This document shows, one piece after another, positions 50,740-62,990 of a DNA stretch of 64,000 nt; the stretch's first letter is position 1, and each line of letters starts with the position of its first letter. A model generated the notes under the pieces. The model was not told the origin of the DNA and did not search any database. It was given only the letters and a program-made list of their open reading frames with translations. Made by a program: the position numbers and the translations under genes. Origin of the DNA: Lama guanicoe (Eukaryota); contig MU053557.1 of the NCBI GenBank assembly GCA_013239625.1, forward strand, positions 3,626,123 through 3,690,122, given 5' to 3'.

Positions 50740-52600
50740 GTTTAGTTACCATCTCCAGCTCTAAGCAACTACAGGTCTGGTGAGGGCAGAACCAGGTCCC
50801 TTCTGTCTCCTACAAAAATGAATTTACTCTTCAAAATCCAGCCCCACCTTAACCTACACCGTGAAGTTCCCATCAGATTTTATTTGATTTAATTGTTACC
50901 TCCCTTTGTTTCTGCTGCACTTTGTTCTGTGCGACTAGTGCCTATTACATGGTATTATAGATGTGTCTATAATTGGATGTGTCATGCTTTTTGCCATATA
51001 TTGAATTCATTTTGAACAAAACCTACCTTATTCATAGTCCCAGTACAGCACTGGTAGTCTTTTGGTGTTCTGAACTTAGTAACTAGACCTACTTCAAAAA
51101 TCTCTCATTCAACTTTTCCAAAACTGATAATGATTTTACCCCTAAAATATGCCCTTCCTTTTATATCCCTCGTGTTGTCGGTGGAGCTTCCTCTACTCAT
51201 TCTCACAGCCAGAACTCTGGAATTTAATCCTTTCCAGCTTTCACCATCCACTCTCTGCACCCAGCCAGTCACTAAATTCTCTTAAATTTACCTTCTGAAT
51301 AACCACTGTCTCTGTTCTTGCCATTTCCGTGGCTACTTGACATAATCGAAAGTGGTCTGGTCAGTTGCTTTTCAACTGCATCTCCAGCCTAACCTTCCTT
51401 TTTAACCCATATTTAGCAAAGTAGTCAGTTAAATTCTAAAGAAAATAAATAAAATCAGATTTTTTTCCCTAAATTTCTTAAAAATTCCAAAACCCATTAC
51501 CTATATAATATACCCAATACTTCCTAGCACGGCAAATAAAGATCTTTATGGTTCAGGTACTTTTTTGGGCTGATTAATGCCACAAATCCCATTTTTTTTT
51601 CATTTCACAAACATTCATTGGTTCCTTATCTTGTATCTAGTCTCTGCTAGCCACTGGCCAAGGCACAATGTGCAATATATATTGGATGTAAAATAAGATC
51701 ATATATATTGAATATCATATATCTGGGTATCATATATATTGGGCAAGGTGATTAAAATGACATAGTGAAGGCTTTGAAAGCTAATACTAGTAGAGAAGAC
51801 CCCTATATAAAATCACCCATATGACTAGGTATCATATGACTAATACCACATTGGAGAAAACACACAATTTTATGGGCATGAGGGGAGAGATGTCTCTACT
51901 TTAGAAGGCCAAAGAAGACATCAGAGAAGACATGTGAGTAGTCAAGCAGGAATCTGTCAAATGGGCGGAGAGGAGAGAATCATTCCAGTGCCAGGTGACA
52001 GCACAAAGGTAAGAAGGCCCGTAAGAGCATACCATAATTAGGGAAAGACGAAGTCTAGTGTGTGAGGGGGTAGGTGGTGGTTGTGTGGGGCAGTTACCAG
52101 GGAGGAGACTGGCAAGGTCTGCTAGGCTGGATCTGAAGGAACATTTATGCAACAGTAATGATTATGAACTTTCCCTTAAAGACCTCTACAGTTCTTTATT
52201 ATTCACTCAGAGATGAGTGAAACAGTAATATTTGCATGTCAAATAGATGACTCTGGTGCTCTGTGTGTGATGAGAAGGAAGACAGAGACTCTAAGCACAG
52301 AAATCAGTATACAGATAATCAAAATGACCTTGGTTTGAGAGGAATGAGAATGTGCAGTAAGGTGGTACTGATGGCCATGGAGAGCTGATGCTGGGTTCTA
52401 AAGAGATCCTCAGTTTAAGTAAACAGGACTTTGTTAAGTTTAGGTATGCTCAAAGTGAAAGAAAGGAAAGAATGTGGTAAGGTAGGTGCATGCAACTGGT
52501 GAACATCATAAAAGGGAGGCATGATTCTTCATCAGGATACGCTAACCCTGAAGGTCCTTGATATTCAGTTCAACAAATGAGAGGTTTAGGTTTTGAACAA
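50740..52600. mobile_element. Cluster of old L2 fragments (+ then -)
   Basis: L2 body and 3'-end motifs; highly decayed. Confidence 0.5.
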
Positions 52601-52714
52601 TGAAACAAAACATAATGAAAAACAAAACACAGCAAAACAAAAACAGAAGTCCCTCTTCTCATTGTCATACTCATTTTTATAATGACAGATAAATGAGGAT
52701 TACTGTGAACTATT

Positions 52715-52855
52715 TCAAGCACAGTCCAAAAATATTAAATGGAAAGTTCCCTAAATAAACCATTCATATGTTTTAAACTGTATGCTCCTCTGAGTTGCAT
52801 GATGAAATCTCACACAGTCCTGCTCCATCCTGCCCTGGATGTGAATCAGCCCCTG
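52715..52855 (+). mobile_element. MER44/Tigger7 fragment
   Basis: gtccaaaaatattaaatggaaagttcc...tgatgaaatctcacacagtcctgctccatcctgcc. Confidence 0.8.
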
Positions 52856-53165
52856 TGACTGAGTAGGACCATATGCATTAAATTAGCTCCTTTGTCTACA
52901 GAGTTGTGAGTGGAGATAAGCTTTGTTATTTCTGGGCTGAGCACTTCACTGCAAGACCCTGCAGAGCACCCTGCCCAGGTGTTACCTGGCAGCATTTAGT
53001 CTGATGAGTGCTCTTTAGCCTGGGGCCTTGAGTCATAAAAATAAGCAGAGCCCCTGATCTACAGTGGGCATGTGATGTTTTAAGAAATAACTTTTGTAGT
53101 TCAAAGGTACTGAGATTTTAGTGTTGTTTGCAATGTAGCATAACCTACCATGTTCTCATTGATAC
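52855..53165 (+). mobile_element. MaLR LTR fragment (MLT1H/J-like)
   Basis: agcagagcccctg...agaaataacttttg...tgagattt...gcataaccta 3' pattern. Confidence 0.6.
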
Positions 53166-53364
53166 ATTTGGGTCTTATATGATCTATAAGGTGAGAAAGG
53201 TAATAACAAATATATGAAACAATATCTAATTTTGATACAAGTCAAAAAATCTTTCTAAGTTTTATCTGTATTTACAGATATTCTATGACAGTCAAAAAAT
53301 AAGGATCTTCTTGATTCTCTGCAATAAAAATTAAAAGCTTTTTAACTGGTACTGGGTCAATTGT

Positions 53365-54240
53365 TTTGATTTTTAAAAACTTGATTAAGATATAATTGAC
53401 ATACAATAAACTGCACATAGTTGGATTACATAACTCGATACATTTTGACACACGCATACATCCTTGAAATCTTCACCCTAGTCAAACAGTGAACGTTTCC
53501 ATAACCCTCAGACTTTTCTTTAAGGCCCTTTTAACTCATGTCTCCCACTCCTGTCTCCTTCCCGAGACTACTAATATTTTCTAGCACTATATAGTGGTTT
53601 GCATTTTCTTGCATTTTACATAAGATTGTGCAGTATGTAATTTTTGTCTAGTTTCTCTCCCTCTGCATGATTATTTTGAGATTCACCATATTGTTGCAGG
53701 TGTGAATAGTTCTTTCCTTTTCTTACTGAGCAGTATTCTGTTGTATGGATGTAACACTATGTGTTTATCCATTACCTGTTGTATGACATTTGTGTTGATT
53801 CCAATATTTGGCTATTACAATAAAATTGCTCTGAGCATTCCAGTACACATCTTTACAGAAAAGTATGCTTTCATTTCTCCAGCAGAAGGGCTGGATTAAA
53901 TAGTAGGTATATGCTTAACTATATACAGAAACTGACTAATTATTTGTTTAAAGTGGTGTTCCATTCTACTGCGTATCAGTGCAGCTGTGTTTGAGAGTTC
54001 CAGTTCCTTCACATCTTCTCCAATACTCAGCATGGCTAGTCTAGTTATAGTCATCCTATTAGGTGTATAAGAGTATCTAACTGTGGTTATACTTCTCATT
54101 TTCTTAATTACTAATGATGTCAAGCATCTTTTCATGTGTTTACGTGCTGATTTTCTTTTTGGTCAAATATCTGTTCACATCTTTTGCCCATTTTAAAATT
54201 TGACTTGGAATCCAGTTCCTATTGTTGAGTTTTGAGAATT
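53365..54240 (-). mobile_element. Old L1 (L1MC/MD-like) 3' portion
   Basis: gatataattgacatacaataaactgcaca terminus; ORF2-end translation MKRCLTSLVIKKMRSITTVRYSYTP. Confidence 0.85.
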
Positions 54241-54712
54241 TTTTGCAAAGAGGCATGAGAAAATTTGGGAGGGGGGCTGATGGACGTGTTTATTACATTG
54301 TGGTAATGGTTTCACATGTGTATACGTATATCCAAAATTATGAAATTGTACATTTTAAATATTTAGGGTATGTCATTTGTATCTCAAAAGAAAGAATATG
54401 TGCATATTTGTAATACCATATATTTATAATGAACAAGTAAACTTAGTTAATTGAAATTACAACCTTGTAAATGAAAATGAAGTGGTTAATTGAGTAATTG
54501 ATTCACATTTATCCCTTCAGGTTGAGATTTTGCTGTATTATTCCTAGCATTGAAATATCTAAGATTGCTGAGTTTCTCAATTATACTATATTTATAAAAA
54601 CTCAGTAGTACTGAAGAAGCGCTTATTTGTTAAATCAAATAGTTAAAATACTTCAAAGGGAAATTAAGTTGGTAGATGGACTTTTTAAAATTTTAGGATA
54701 TTTACACAACAT

Positions 54713-54799
54713 TGTGTGTATATATATATATATGTATATATATACATATATATATACAAATATATATATACACATACAAATATATATATATACACACAA

Positions 54800-54852
<53 letters not shown>
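54713..54852. repeat. Compound (TA)n/(CA)n microsatellite
   Basis: Read directly from the sequence. Confidence 0.95.
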
Positions 54853-54958
54853 AAATCAAAAACAACCAAAACTAACCTATAATAACAAAAAAAATTTAGG
54901 ATATTTAATTGACTAAGTTTTAAAAAGATAGCAAATATTTTTTAAAAAGCTATTTCAA

Positions 54959-55296
54959 TGTTATAAAACAAAGAATGTTACTCACCATCCAGTTTTACAA
55001 GGATTAAGTCATTAGCAACTGCAGTCGCTGACCAACAGTGTACCCTGAAAGAAATTTGGACAAAAAACAGAATGAGGCACTCTGTGCTTTGGAAAAAACA
55101 GGCCCCTTAGATAGTTAGATATATGTCTCAGGAAGAATTTTAATAAACCCAGATTCATACATCTTTCCATACATAGAAAAGCACTAAAATCATTAACTGA
55201 GATATCTGTTCCTTATGACTAACAGTAATCTTTTACTGAGATGTGTGCTGGACTGCACATATTCCCTAGCCAAAATTTTGTATATATATGTATGTG

Positions 55297-55330
<34 letters not shown>

Positions 55331-56710
55331 GGCTTCTCCCTCTACTCCTTTGAAGCAGTTCCCTCAGAGCTACTGAGAGGCTGTTGGCCTCTGTAAGGTC
55401 CCTGAATAAAACTGAAACTCACAACTCTTTTATTAAATTTTTTTTAAGTTGAAGTATAGTTGATTTAAAATGTTGTGTTAGTTTCAGGTGTACAGCAAAG
55501 TGATTTAGTTATTCATGTACATGCATTGGTATATTCTTTTTCAGATTCTTTTCCATTCTAAGTTATTACAAGATACTGAATACAGTTCCCTGTGCTATAT
55601 AGTAGATCCTTGTTGTTTATCTATTTTATATATGGTAGCTCGTATCTGTTAATCCCAAATCCCTAATGTATCCCTCCCCCACTTTTCTCCTTTGATAACA
55701 ATAAGTTTGTTTTCTATTTTTATTTCTATCTGTGAGTCTATTTCTGTTTTGTAGATAAGTTCCTCTGTATCATTTTTTTAGACTCCACATATAAGTGATA
55801 TCATATGATACTTGTTTTTCTCTTCTTGACTTACTTCAATTAGTGTGATAATCTGTAGGTCCATCCATGTTGCTGCAAATGGCATTATTTTATTCTTTTT
55901 TATGGCTGAGTAGTATTTTTTGTTTGTGTGTATGTATATATATATACACACACATACACACACATGCACCATATCAGCTTTACATAATCATCTGCTGATG
56001 GGCATTTATGTTGCTCCTGTATCTTGACTATTGTAAATAATGTTACTTTGAACATTGGGGTACATGTATCTTTTCAAATTAAGATGTTTTGTCTTTTCTG
56101 GATATATACCTTGCTGGATTGTATGGTAAGTCTACTTTTAGTTTTTTAAAGAACCTCCATACTGTTCTCTCTAGTGGCTGCACCAATTTACATTCCCACC
56201 AACACTGTAGGAGGGTTCCCTTTTCTCCACACCCTTTCCAGCACTTATTATTTGTAGACTTTTTGATGATGGCCATTCTGACTGGTGTGAGGTGATGCCT
56301 CATTGTAGTTTTGATTTGCATTTCTCTAATAATTAGTGATGTTGAGCATCTTTTCATATGCCTATTGGCCATCTATATGCCTTCTTTGGAGAAGTGTCTG
56401 TTTAGGTCTTCTGCCCATTTTTTGATTGGGTTGGTTTTTGTTTTTGTTTTTGTTTTGTTTGTTTATTTGTTTTTTTGATACTGAGCTATATAAACTGTTT
56501 ATGTTTTGGAAATTAACCCCTTGTTGATTGCATCATTTGCGAATATTTTCTCCCATTCTATAGGTTGTCTGTTTGCTTTCTTTATGGTTTCTTTCCTGTG
56601 CGAAAACTTTTAAGTTTAATTAGGTCCCATTTTTTTATTTTTGCTTTTGTGAAACCCACAACCCTTATATTGTGCTTTTTGTGTGTGTGCGTGCATTTTT
56701 TCAGTCAACA
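54959..56710 (+). mobile_element. Artiodactyl ERV LTR split by an L1 insertion
   Basis: LTR body 54959-55428 with AATAAA near 55405; U5 resumes at about 56667 and ends ...tcagtcaaca; internal (TA)n at 55281-55330. Confidence 0.7.
55430..56650 (-). mobile_element. Artiodactyl L1 3' portion with TSD
   Basis: ORF2 end [36 protein letters not shown]; imperfect TSD gaaactcacaactctt / gaaacccacaaccctt. Confidence 0.92.
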
Positions 56711-57036
56711 AAGTGACTGAATTAACCAAATTTTAAATTTGGTTAATATAAAATGTTTTATAAATGGAACAATTAAATTGATTAATTTAACTTAATTGCT
56801 TAAAAGGTAACCTCCAAGATTTTACTGCCTGAGGTAATTTTAATCTAGAGAGAAAAGTTATTATTCTGTGGCCTCTACAGCAGACCTCAAGGTGCAGAAA
56901 ATAAAGGTTTGATGATAGAACAAATAACCTCACGGCTTTTAGTACTGACCCGGAAAACCACAAATTTAATAGCACAAAGGCAGATGTGTTTTTTTTCTCC
57001 TCACTTCACACTATGTCCATCTCCTCCAATTGTCCT

Positions 57037-57593
57037 TGTAGGTAAGCAAATTTTGTCACCCCAAATTTTGTCTCTTTGGCACGAGGATTAATTTAGGATG
57101 ATTATTTTTAAGAAACAGAAGTCTTTCTTTTTACCTCTCCCTTAGCTGCCTAAAGAATTTAGATAAAGAGCCTGTTCAGGAACAGTTATCACAAGAGATA
57201 TCTGCAAAGAGTATGAGCTAGGTGTGGTGGGGGAAACTCAGGCAGGGCCTAGAGATCAGAGTCTATTCTGTGTCCTAATGTCTTTGCATGGCCCAGCAAA
57301 GATTTGTTTACCAAACATTTGCTTTTCCATTACCAAGTAAATTGCCTTTCTCCCCTTTAAAGTTCCAAACCACTACCCCCAACATCCTCTATTGTCTTTA
57401 GCTGAAGGTGGTATTTAAGCTGAGGACTAGGGCCATTTGGGCAAGTTACTCATTTTTACTGGGTCTCTTCCTTGTATTCGTGATATTCAGCTTTTGTTTG
57501 ATTTTTCTCATGTTAATCTGTCTCATGTCAATTTAATTCTTAGAACAGTCTGAAGAACCTAGAAGGGAGAGGAAAATGTCTTCCTCCATGACA
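57037..57593 (+). mobile_element. Solo LTR (MER34-like, ERV1)
   Basis: tgtagg...tgtcaccccaaa...tctttggca start; tgttaatctgtct...cttcctccatgaca end. Confidence 0.75.
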
Positions 57594-57818
57594 CATGCAT
57601 ATACATGAAACACATACATTAATTCCTGTTTTCAAGGAGGAAAGCAAAGCCCTAGAAACCAGATTGGAAAGGATATTGCTTGAATGTCTTGTAAGAAGTT
57701 TGGACTTTCATTAAAGAGGGTATTTTGAAGGTATTTAAGCAGAAGGATACTTGATCAACGTTGTTCTAAGGAATATTGTTTTGATAGTTGCTTGACAGGA
57801 TTAGAATTAGGAAGGACT

Positions 57819-58700
57819 GTTAACAAATAGTGAGACCCCTAAACTAGGAGCCTACCAAAGTGTGGATCCTTGCCGCCAGCTGTGAAAGCATTCACAGCAG
57901 AGGCAGAGGGACAAAGTGAAAAGCTGCTTTATTGCTCAGAAGAGGAAAAGGAAAAAAAGGTGCTCAAATGAGGAAAAGGCATTAGTGAGGAGCTATCAGC
58001 CAAGGTGGCTGGTAGAGATGGCCTCAGCTCTGAGTCTGGCCATGTGGACTTTTATGGGAGGCTTGTGCCGTCACGTCCTCCTTCAGGGTGTGATGGAGCC
58101 AATCCAATCCCTGAACCAGCTTTTCTGGTTGTTGTCATGGCAATCATCAATTGGTGTTGTGTTACTTAGCATGCTAATACATTATAATGAGTGTCTAACA
58201 AGGCTGAAGGTCCACTGGAAATCAAATCCTCTGCCATCTTGGGCTTAGTTGGTTCTAACAAATTCTTTTCTCTTTGCACCTGCTCTTGAGACTTAGATAA
58301 AAGTATTGGTTTCTATTTAAGGGAGGGGCAGGAGTATGGACCTGGGGGCAACAGCCTAAGTAATGAAAAGAAAAGTTGCTTTTAATCAGAATGCCTATAA
58401 TCTGGTGGACCCAGTGCTGCCCCCAACACACACACACACACACACACGCACACACGCACACACACACACACAAATTCTCTGAAGATTCTTTTCAGCCATG
58501 AAAGTTTTAAAGGGAAATAGGAAAGTCATCTCAGTTAATCACTGAGATAGGCAGTCAGAGTTGTCACCATCCCCCAGTGCCTACAGGCTTGTCCTAATCA
58601 ACTGCTTGAGCCTGCAGGTGATTTAGGGCACATTGGGAGACTTCAGCTTTTCTATACACGAGAGGCAGGGGGAGGGTGTGGGACTATAGGGTTCCCTCTT
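57819..58700 (-). mobile_element. Composite ERV1-type LTR sequence with (CA)n at 58427-58472
   Basis: The left part resembles the 45583 LTR; the right part is homologous to 7170-7345 and 8120-8200. Confidence 0.65.
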
Positions 58701-59114
58701 GATGTCAAGACCATACACAGATGAGAAGTAATTTGGTGAGAACTATTGGTTGTCTGAACTGGATTGATGTCATAGAAATACAAAGCAAAGGATAGGTTTA
58801 AGAAATAACTCAAAAGGAAACCTTAAAAAGACTTGGTCACTGATTGAACCTGGATACCAGAGATAGGACAAACTCACAAGAGTTCATACTTTGGTGATTG
58901 ACTCCCTTAGAGAACTCAGAAGTCAGAGCATGAACTGACTGGGATGGTGAACAATTATACTATTACTATAAAATGTATAGCCTAGTGGACATATAGTTGT
59001 GAATATATTGATTGTATATCCACAAACTGGTAATCAAAGATAAAGAAATCAACCCATCAGCCCTGTAGATTGTGACAGTGCCTTCTGTCTTATGTAGTAC
59101 TATAGTTCATATGT

Positions 59115-59182
59115 GGTGAAAAAAATCCGTATATAAGTGGATCCATGCAGTTCAAACCCTGTTGTTCTAGGGTCAACTGTAA
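59115..59182 (+). mobile_element. Tigger1 3' terminal fragment
   Basis: aaaaatccgtatataagtggatccatgcagttcaaaccctgttgttctagggtcaactgta. Confidence 0.85.
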
Positions 59183-60136
59183 TGTAATCCTTTTATAGAT
59201 CACACATTTTTACCAGGTAAATTTACAATTTCTTCTAAATGTGTATTGTTAACAACATTTCCAAGTACCTCTTTGGATTTTGCTGCTCTTGGCTGCATGA
59301 TCCACTTTCCTCTCCCTTTCCCCATGGTCATGAGGTCTTCTTTTCCTTTGAGTGCAGTAAGTCCTCTTCTCATCTCTTGGCAAAAATGCAATCTTAGAGG
59401 AGTATTTATAACTGTGTCTGAAAGCAAGTCTATAACTTTAATTTTAAGCAACTGAGATGAGGTGGTTGGTTCTCATCCCTGTCTCATGAGCATTGATTTT
59501 CTTCCTCCCAGCAAAGCAGTTAAAAAATAATTTAATAGAGGATATGATTATTATTTTAAAGCTCTGAATCTGTGATAGTACTTGCTACCACAGAAGCTCT
59601 AAACAGTTGAGCAACACAAAATAAATCATGGGGAAGCTTTAATTTAATGAAAAAAAAATCACCATGCTTGGGACTGATGACAAGATACTTTCCCTGTCCT
59701 TCACCTGTGCAAAGAGGGGGCTAAGGACAGATTAGCACTGGTATTCCTTGACCCCGATAAAGAAAACATAGCTATGTGGGGAAGCAGGGTGCCTAGCAAT
59801 TTTAAATGTGTTTAGAAATTCTCAAATGGGTGGAAAGCAAAGTAGGGTAGAGATTAGAGGTTTGAGTGGAACTAGAAGGCTGGAAAAAATAAAGATTTTG
59901 ACTCTGAACACTATTTTGAATCTGAAGTCTGTTCTTTACAGAAACCAGATTACTTTCCTACTATGGTGGTGGTTTTGTTTTTGTTTTAAACTACCAAAAC
60001 TAAGACTTGGGGAGGTCAGGTTTCACCAACAAATCTTTATCCTTTTTGAGTAAGACCCCTAAGGGTATAGGAAGGATTATACTAAAGCTTACTCAGTCTC
60101 CCTGAGTGATCAAGACTTGAAGTCCAGTTCTAGTCA

Positions 60137-60340
60137 CAGGGTTCAGCAAACTTTTTTTTATTTAAAGTTTTTAGTCAATAGTTTTGGCTCTGTGGGTTGC
60201 AACTGCTCAACTCTACTGTTTTAGCACTAAAGCAACTATAGGCAATACTTCACTGAATAAGTGTGACAGTCTTACAATGAAACTTTATTTACAAGACAGA
60301 CAGCAGGCCAGATTTGGCCTATGGGCCATAGTTTAATGAT
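60137..60340. mobile_element. MER58A hAT-Charlie MITE
   Basis: cagggttcagcaaact...actgctcaactct...ggccagatttggcctatgggccatagttt. Confidence 0.85.
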
Positions 60341-62100
60341 CTCAAGGAACTGAAAGAGCATTGGCATAAAAATCAATATGATGGTGGTCTGGTCTTAATC
60401 CTGCTCTTGGCCAAGTATGTGACTTCAAGAAATCTCCTTTCCTTCTCTGGAACTTAGAGTTAGTATTGATTGAACATTCCCTTTGTTGCCATGCCATTAT
60501 GAGCCTCCTCTATTTAATGCTTACAGCAGCCTGACACACAGGTGCCATTATTAGTGTAGAGCACAGCTAGTGAGTTTCAGAGTGACACTTCACACCCAAG
60601 TGTGTTTATCTCTAAAGCTCATATTCTTAATCATAACCAGAGTGTCTCCTAGTAAAGTGGTGGATTTGAACTTAATGTTCCCTAACTGCTCTTCTGTAGT
60701 TTTTGTTGGAAATGAGAGAGTTCTGGGTAGGATATTTCCTTTTTTTTTTTTCTGGTCTGGTAATTGGGGCTCTTCTTAAGAGACTTGCTGAATTTCTTTT
60801 GTTTTGTTTGTAAGCCCTAAGCTTGTTTTTGCACTTGGTCAACTACTGGAATGACAGACTTTAAGGAAACACTGATGCCTCTCTGCTAAAAACAAGGTTA
60901 ACCAAGCTTCTCCACCCTCTGCAGAACGCCTCGCCTATGACAGGCTGCCTCTTGCTAGTAATGACACTTGAACTTTAACTCAGAATTTGTGTGTTCCACT
61001 TTTTAAGAAACAGTATTGCTTTTTTCCCCAGCATTACATCTTTATATTTCTAAACTAATAAGAGATAAAGCACAGACATTCATTAAGAAAACCACTCAAA
61101 GGCCTCTAGGGGGCCACACGTAATTTTTCTATTCAAGACCTACAGGTTGTCAATATTCATTAACAGGGCAGTAAAAATGTAAATACAGTAATTAGCGTCT
61201 GCTCATTTAAAAACAATATTCCCCATGAAATAGCTTTAAAAATCAGATTATGTGTGTGGATAGGCAGGGAAATCCAAAGCTTTAGAACCTAAGTAATATA
61301 TGGAGCGATGTGTATGTAGTAGATGTTCAAGAAATGACAACATTTGTTATCTTTTTGTGCCATTGCTGTTAGTTTAAAGAGAATTACATTTGATGAAATT
61401 ATCCATTTAGAAGAGATGCAAAATTTATAAAGCCAGCTAGAAAATAATTTGCAAGATTGTGTTACTATGTTTGTGATAGAATGGGTTTTGATCTATTTGC
61501 CTTTAAATATTTTGATATTTAGTTGAAATCTCTACTAGGGAAAAAAATTCTCTAAAGAAATTTCTTCCCTTAAAAAGTGAATGTTAGAAGGGGATGGATG
61601 TCAGGAAATAAGTGATATGGAAGGTGAAACTTGAAGGATAAGGAGAAGTAGGGCCAGGGAAAGAGGAGGTAAGTAGTATTCAAGATAAAGACTATTCTAG
61701 AATCTAGTTGAGAAGGAGAGAGAGATGGAGAATAAGATAAGAGAAAAAAAATTCAGACAGAGCGCATGGAATCTGTTAAAAGTCAGGGGGAAATGTTAGA
61801 AAAAGAGAAGAGAAGCTGAGAAAGAAAGAGGAAGGCAGAGGAGAAAGGGGATGAGAGGGCAGAAAAGGGAACAGAGAAGAAATGGATGGAAAGCTATGGC
61901 AGAGGGAAAAGAGTGGGATGAACAAAGACTCGAGGCCGGAAGGAGACGGGTGGACGGGAGAGCAAGCACAGGGCCAGTTAGTGAGAAGGAGAAAGAAGAA
62001 ACTCAAGGAAGGAAAGAAACGGGGAGGAGGAGGAATGTGAAAACAGATTACAGGTGGCCCTCCCTAACCTCCTTTTTTTGAAGTTTCCCCTCCCACACAG

Positions 62101-62400
62101 CTTCTTCACTTCCTCTTCCTTCTCCTCTTCGCTTCTGTCAATTTTCACACTTGACACCAAAAGGGAGCCGGCAGGTGAGATACTTGAAAGTAGGGCAGAA
62201 AGGCTTCTGGGAGGAAGGCAGTAGTCACTGTGTCTCATGACCTCCTCCGGGACGGCAGATGAGTTGCAATGTACATCCTGGCTTTGATTGATGACGGTGC
62301 CGCTGGCATGAAGGAGTCTCCCAGGTTCAGCAGAAAAGGGGACAGAGATCAAACTGGGAGACTTCTCATGCCCTTGGTGACAGGTAGTGGTGCCATCTGG
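62101..62400 (+). other. Candidate exon (probably non-coding/5' UTR) with two alternative donors
   Basis: Branch-point-like cctaac near 62062, pyrimidine tract and cacag acceptor at 62100; donors CAG|gtgaga (62174) and TGG|gtaagt (62400). Confidence 0.35.
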
Positions 62401-62599
62401 GTAAGTATTTGTCATTCTTGGGCCAGAACCAGAAATAAGCTGGCATCCTGGTCTCTTAAGACCTCAGTTTTGTCTTTCCTCTGCCCCTTCAGTTCTTTTA
62501 TGATTTAAGAATGGTTTTCCCAATTCCTGGTGTCTCACCTCTGACTATACATATGTTCAAAGTCTCATTTTCAGGAGTTTTGCCCCTGGGGCCTTTTTA

Positions 62600-62990
62600 A
62601 CTCTCTCATTCACCACACTCGTTGGCCAAATATTGATGCTGCTCTAGATGCCAGACATGTGGTACATAATGAGAGTAAAATTAAAAAAAAAAAAAAGATG
62701 GAATTTCTGCACCTAAGTCGTTTGTAGTCAGGTGAGAGCCTGCAGTAATTGCCAGGGCAGTCACAGCACTGCCTGGGGAGTGGGAAGCACAGTGTGCTCC
62801 TCGGGGGCTTGGTGGGTTATCTCATCCAGCCTTGCGGGGATGAAAATGATAAGGCAGTGAAGGTCAGGAAGAAAGTAAGACAAAAATTAAAAGTTGAAAG
62901 GTTCATAGGAGTAGAGTCAGGGAAAGAGGAGAAGGAAAGTAGTGTTCCAGGCAAAGAAACAGCACGGCTAATTGGGGAACAGAAAGGAGA
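62600..62990 (-). mobile_element. L2 fragment
   Basis: ctcattcacc...aaatattgatg...tgccagacatgt L2 3'-end pattern. Confidence 0.6.

Noticed and set aside
53365..54390. L1 twin-priming inversion
   Set aside because: Both oppositely oriented pieces contain L1 3' termini, so they are better explained as two separate insertions.
54627..54916. Tyr/Ile/His/Thr-repeat ORFs
   Set aside because: These are microsatellite translations.
61978..62415. 145-aa minus-strand ORF, the longest in the window
   Set aside because: It runs through low-complexity purine/pyrimidine tracts, has no recognisable domain, and the splice signals favour the plus strand.
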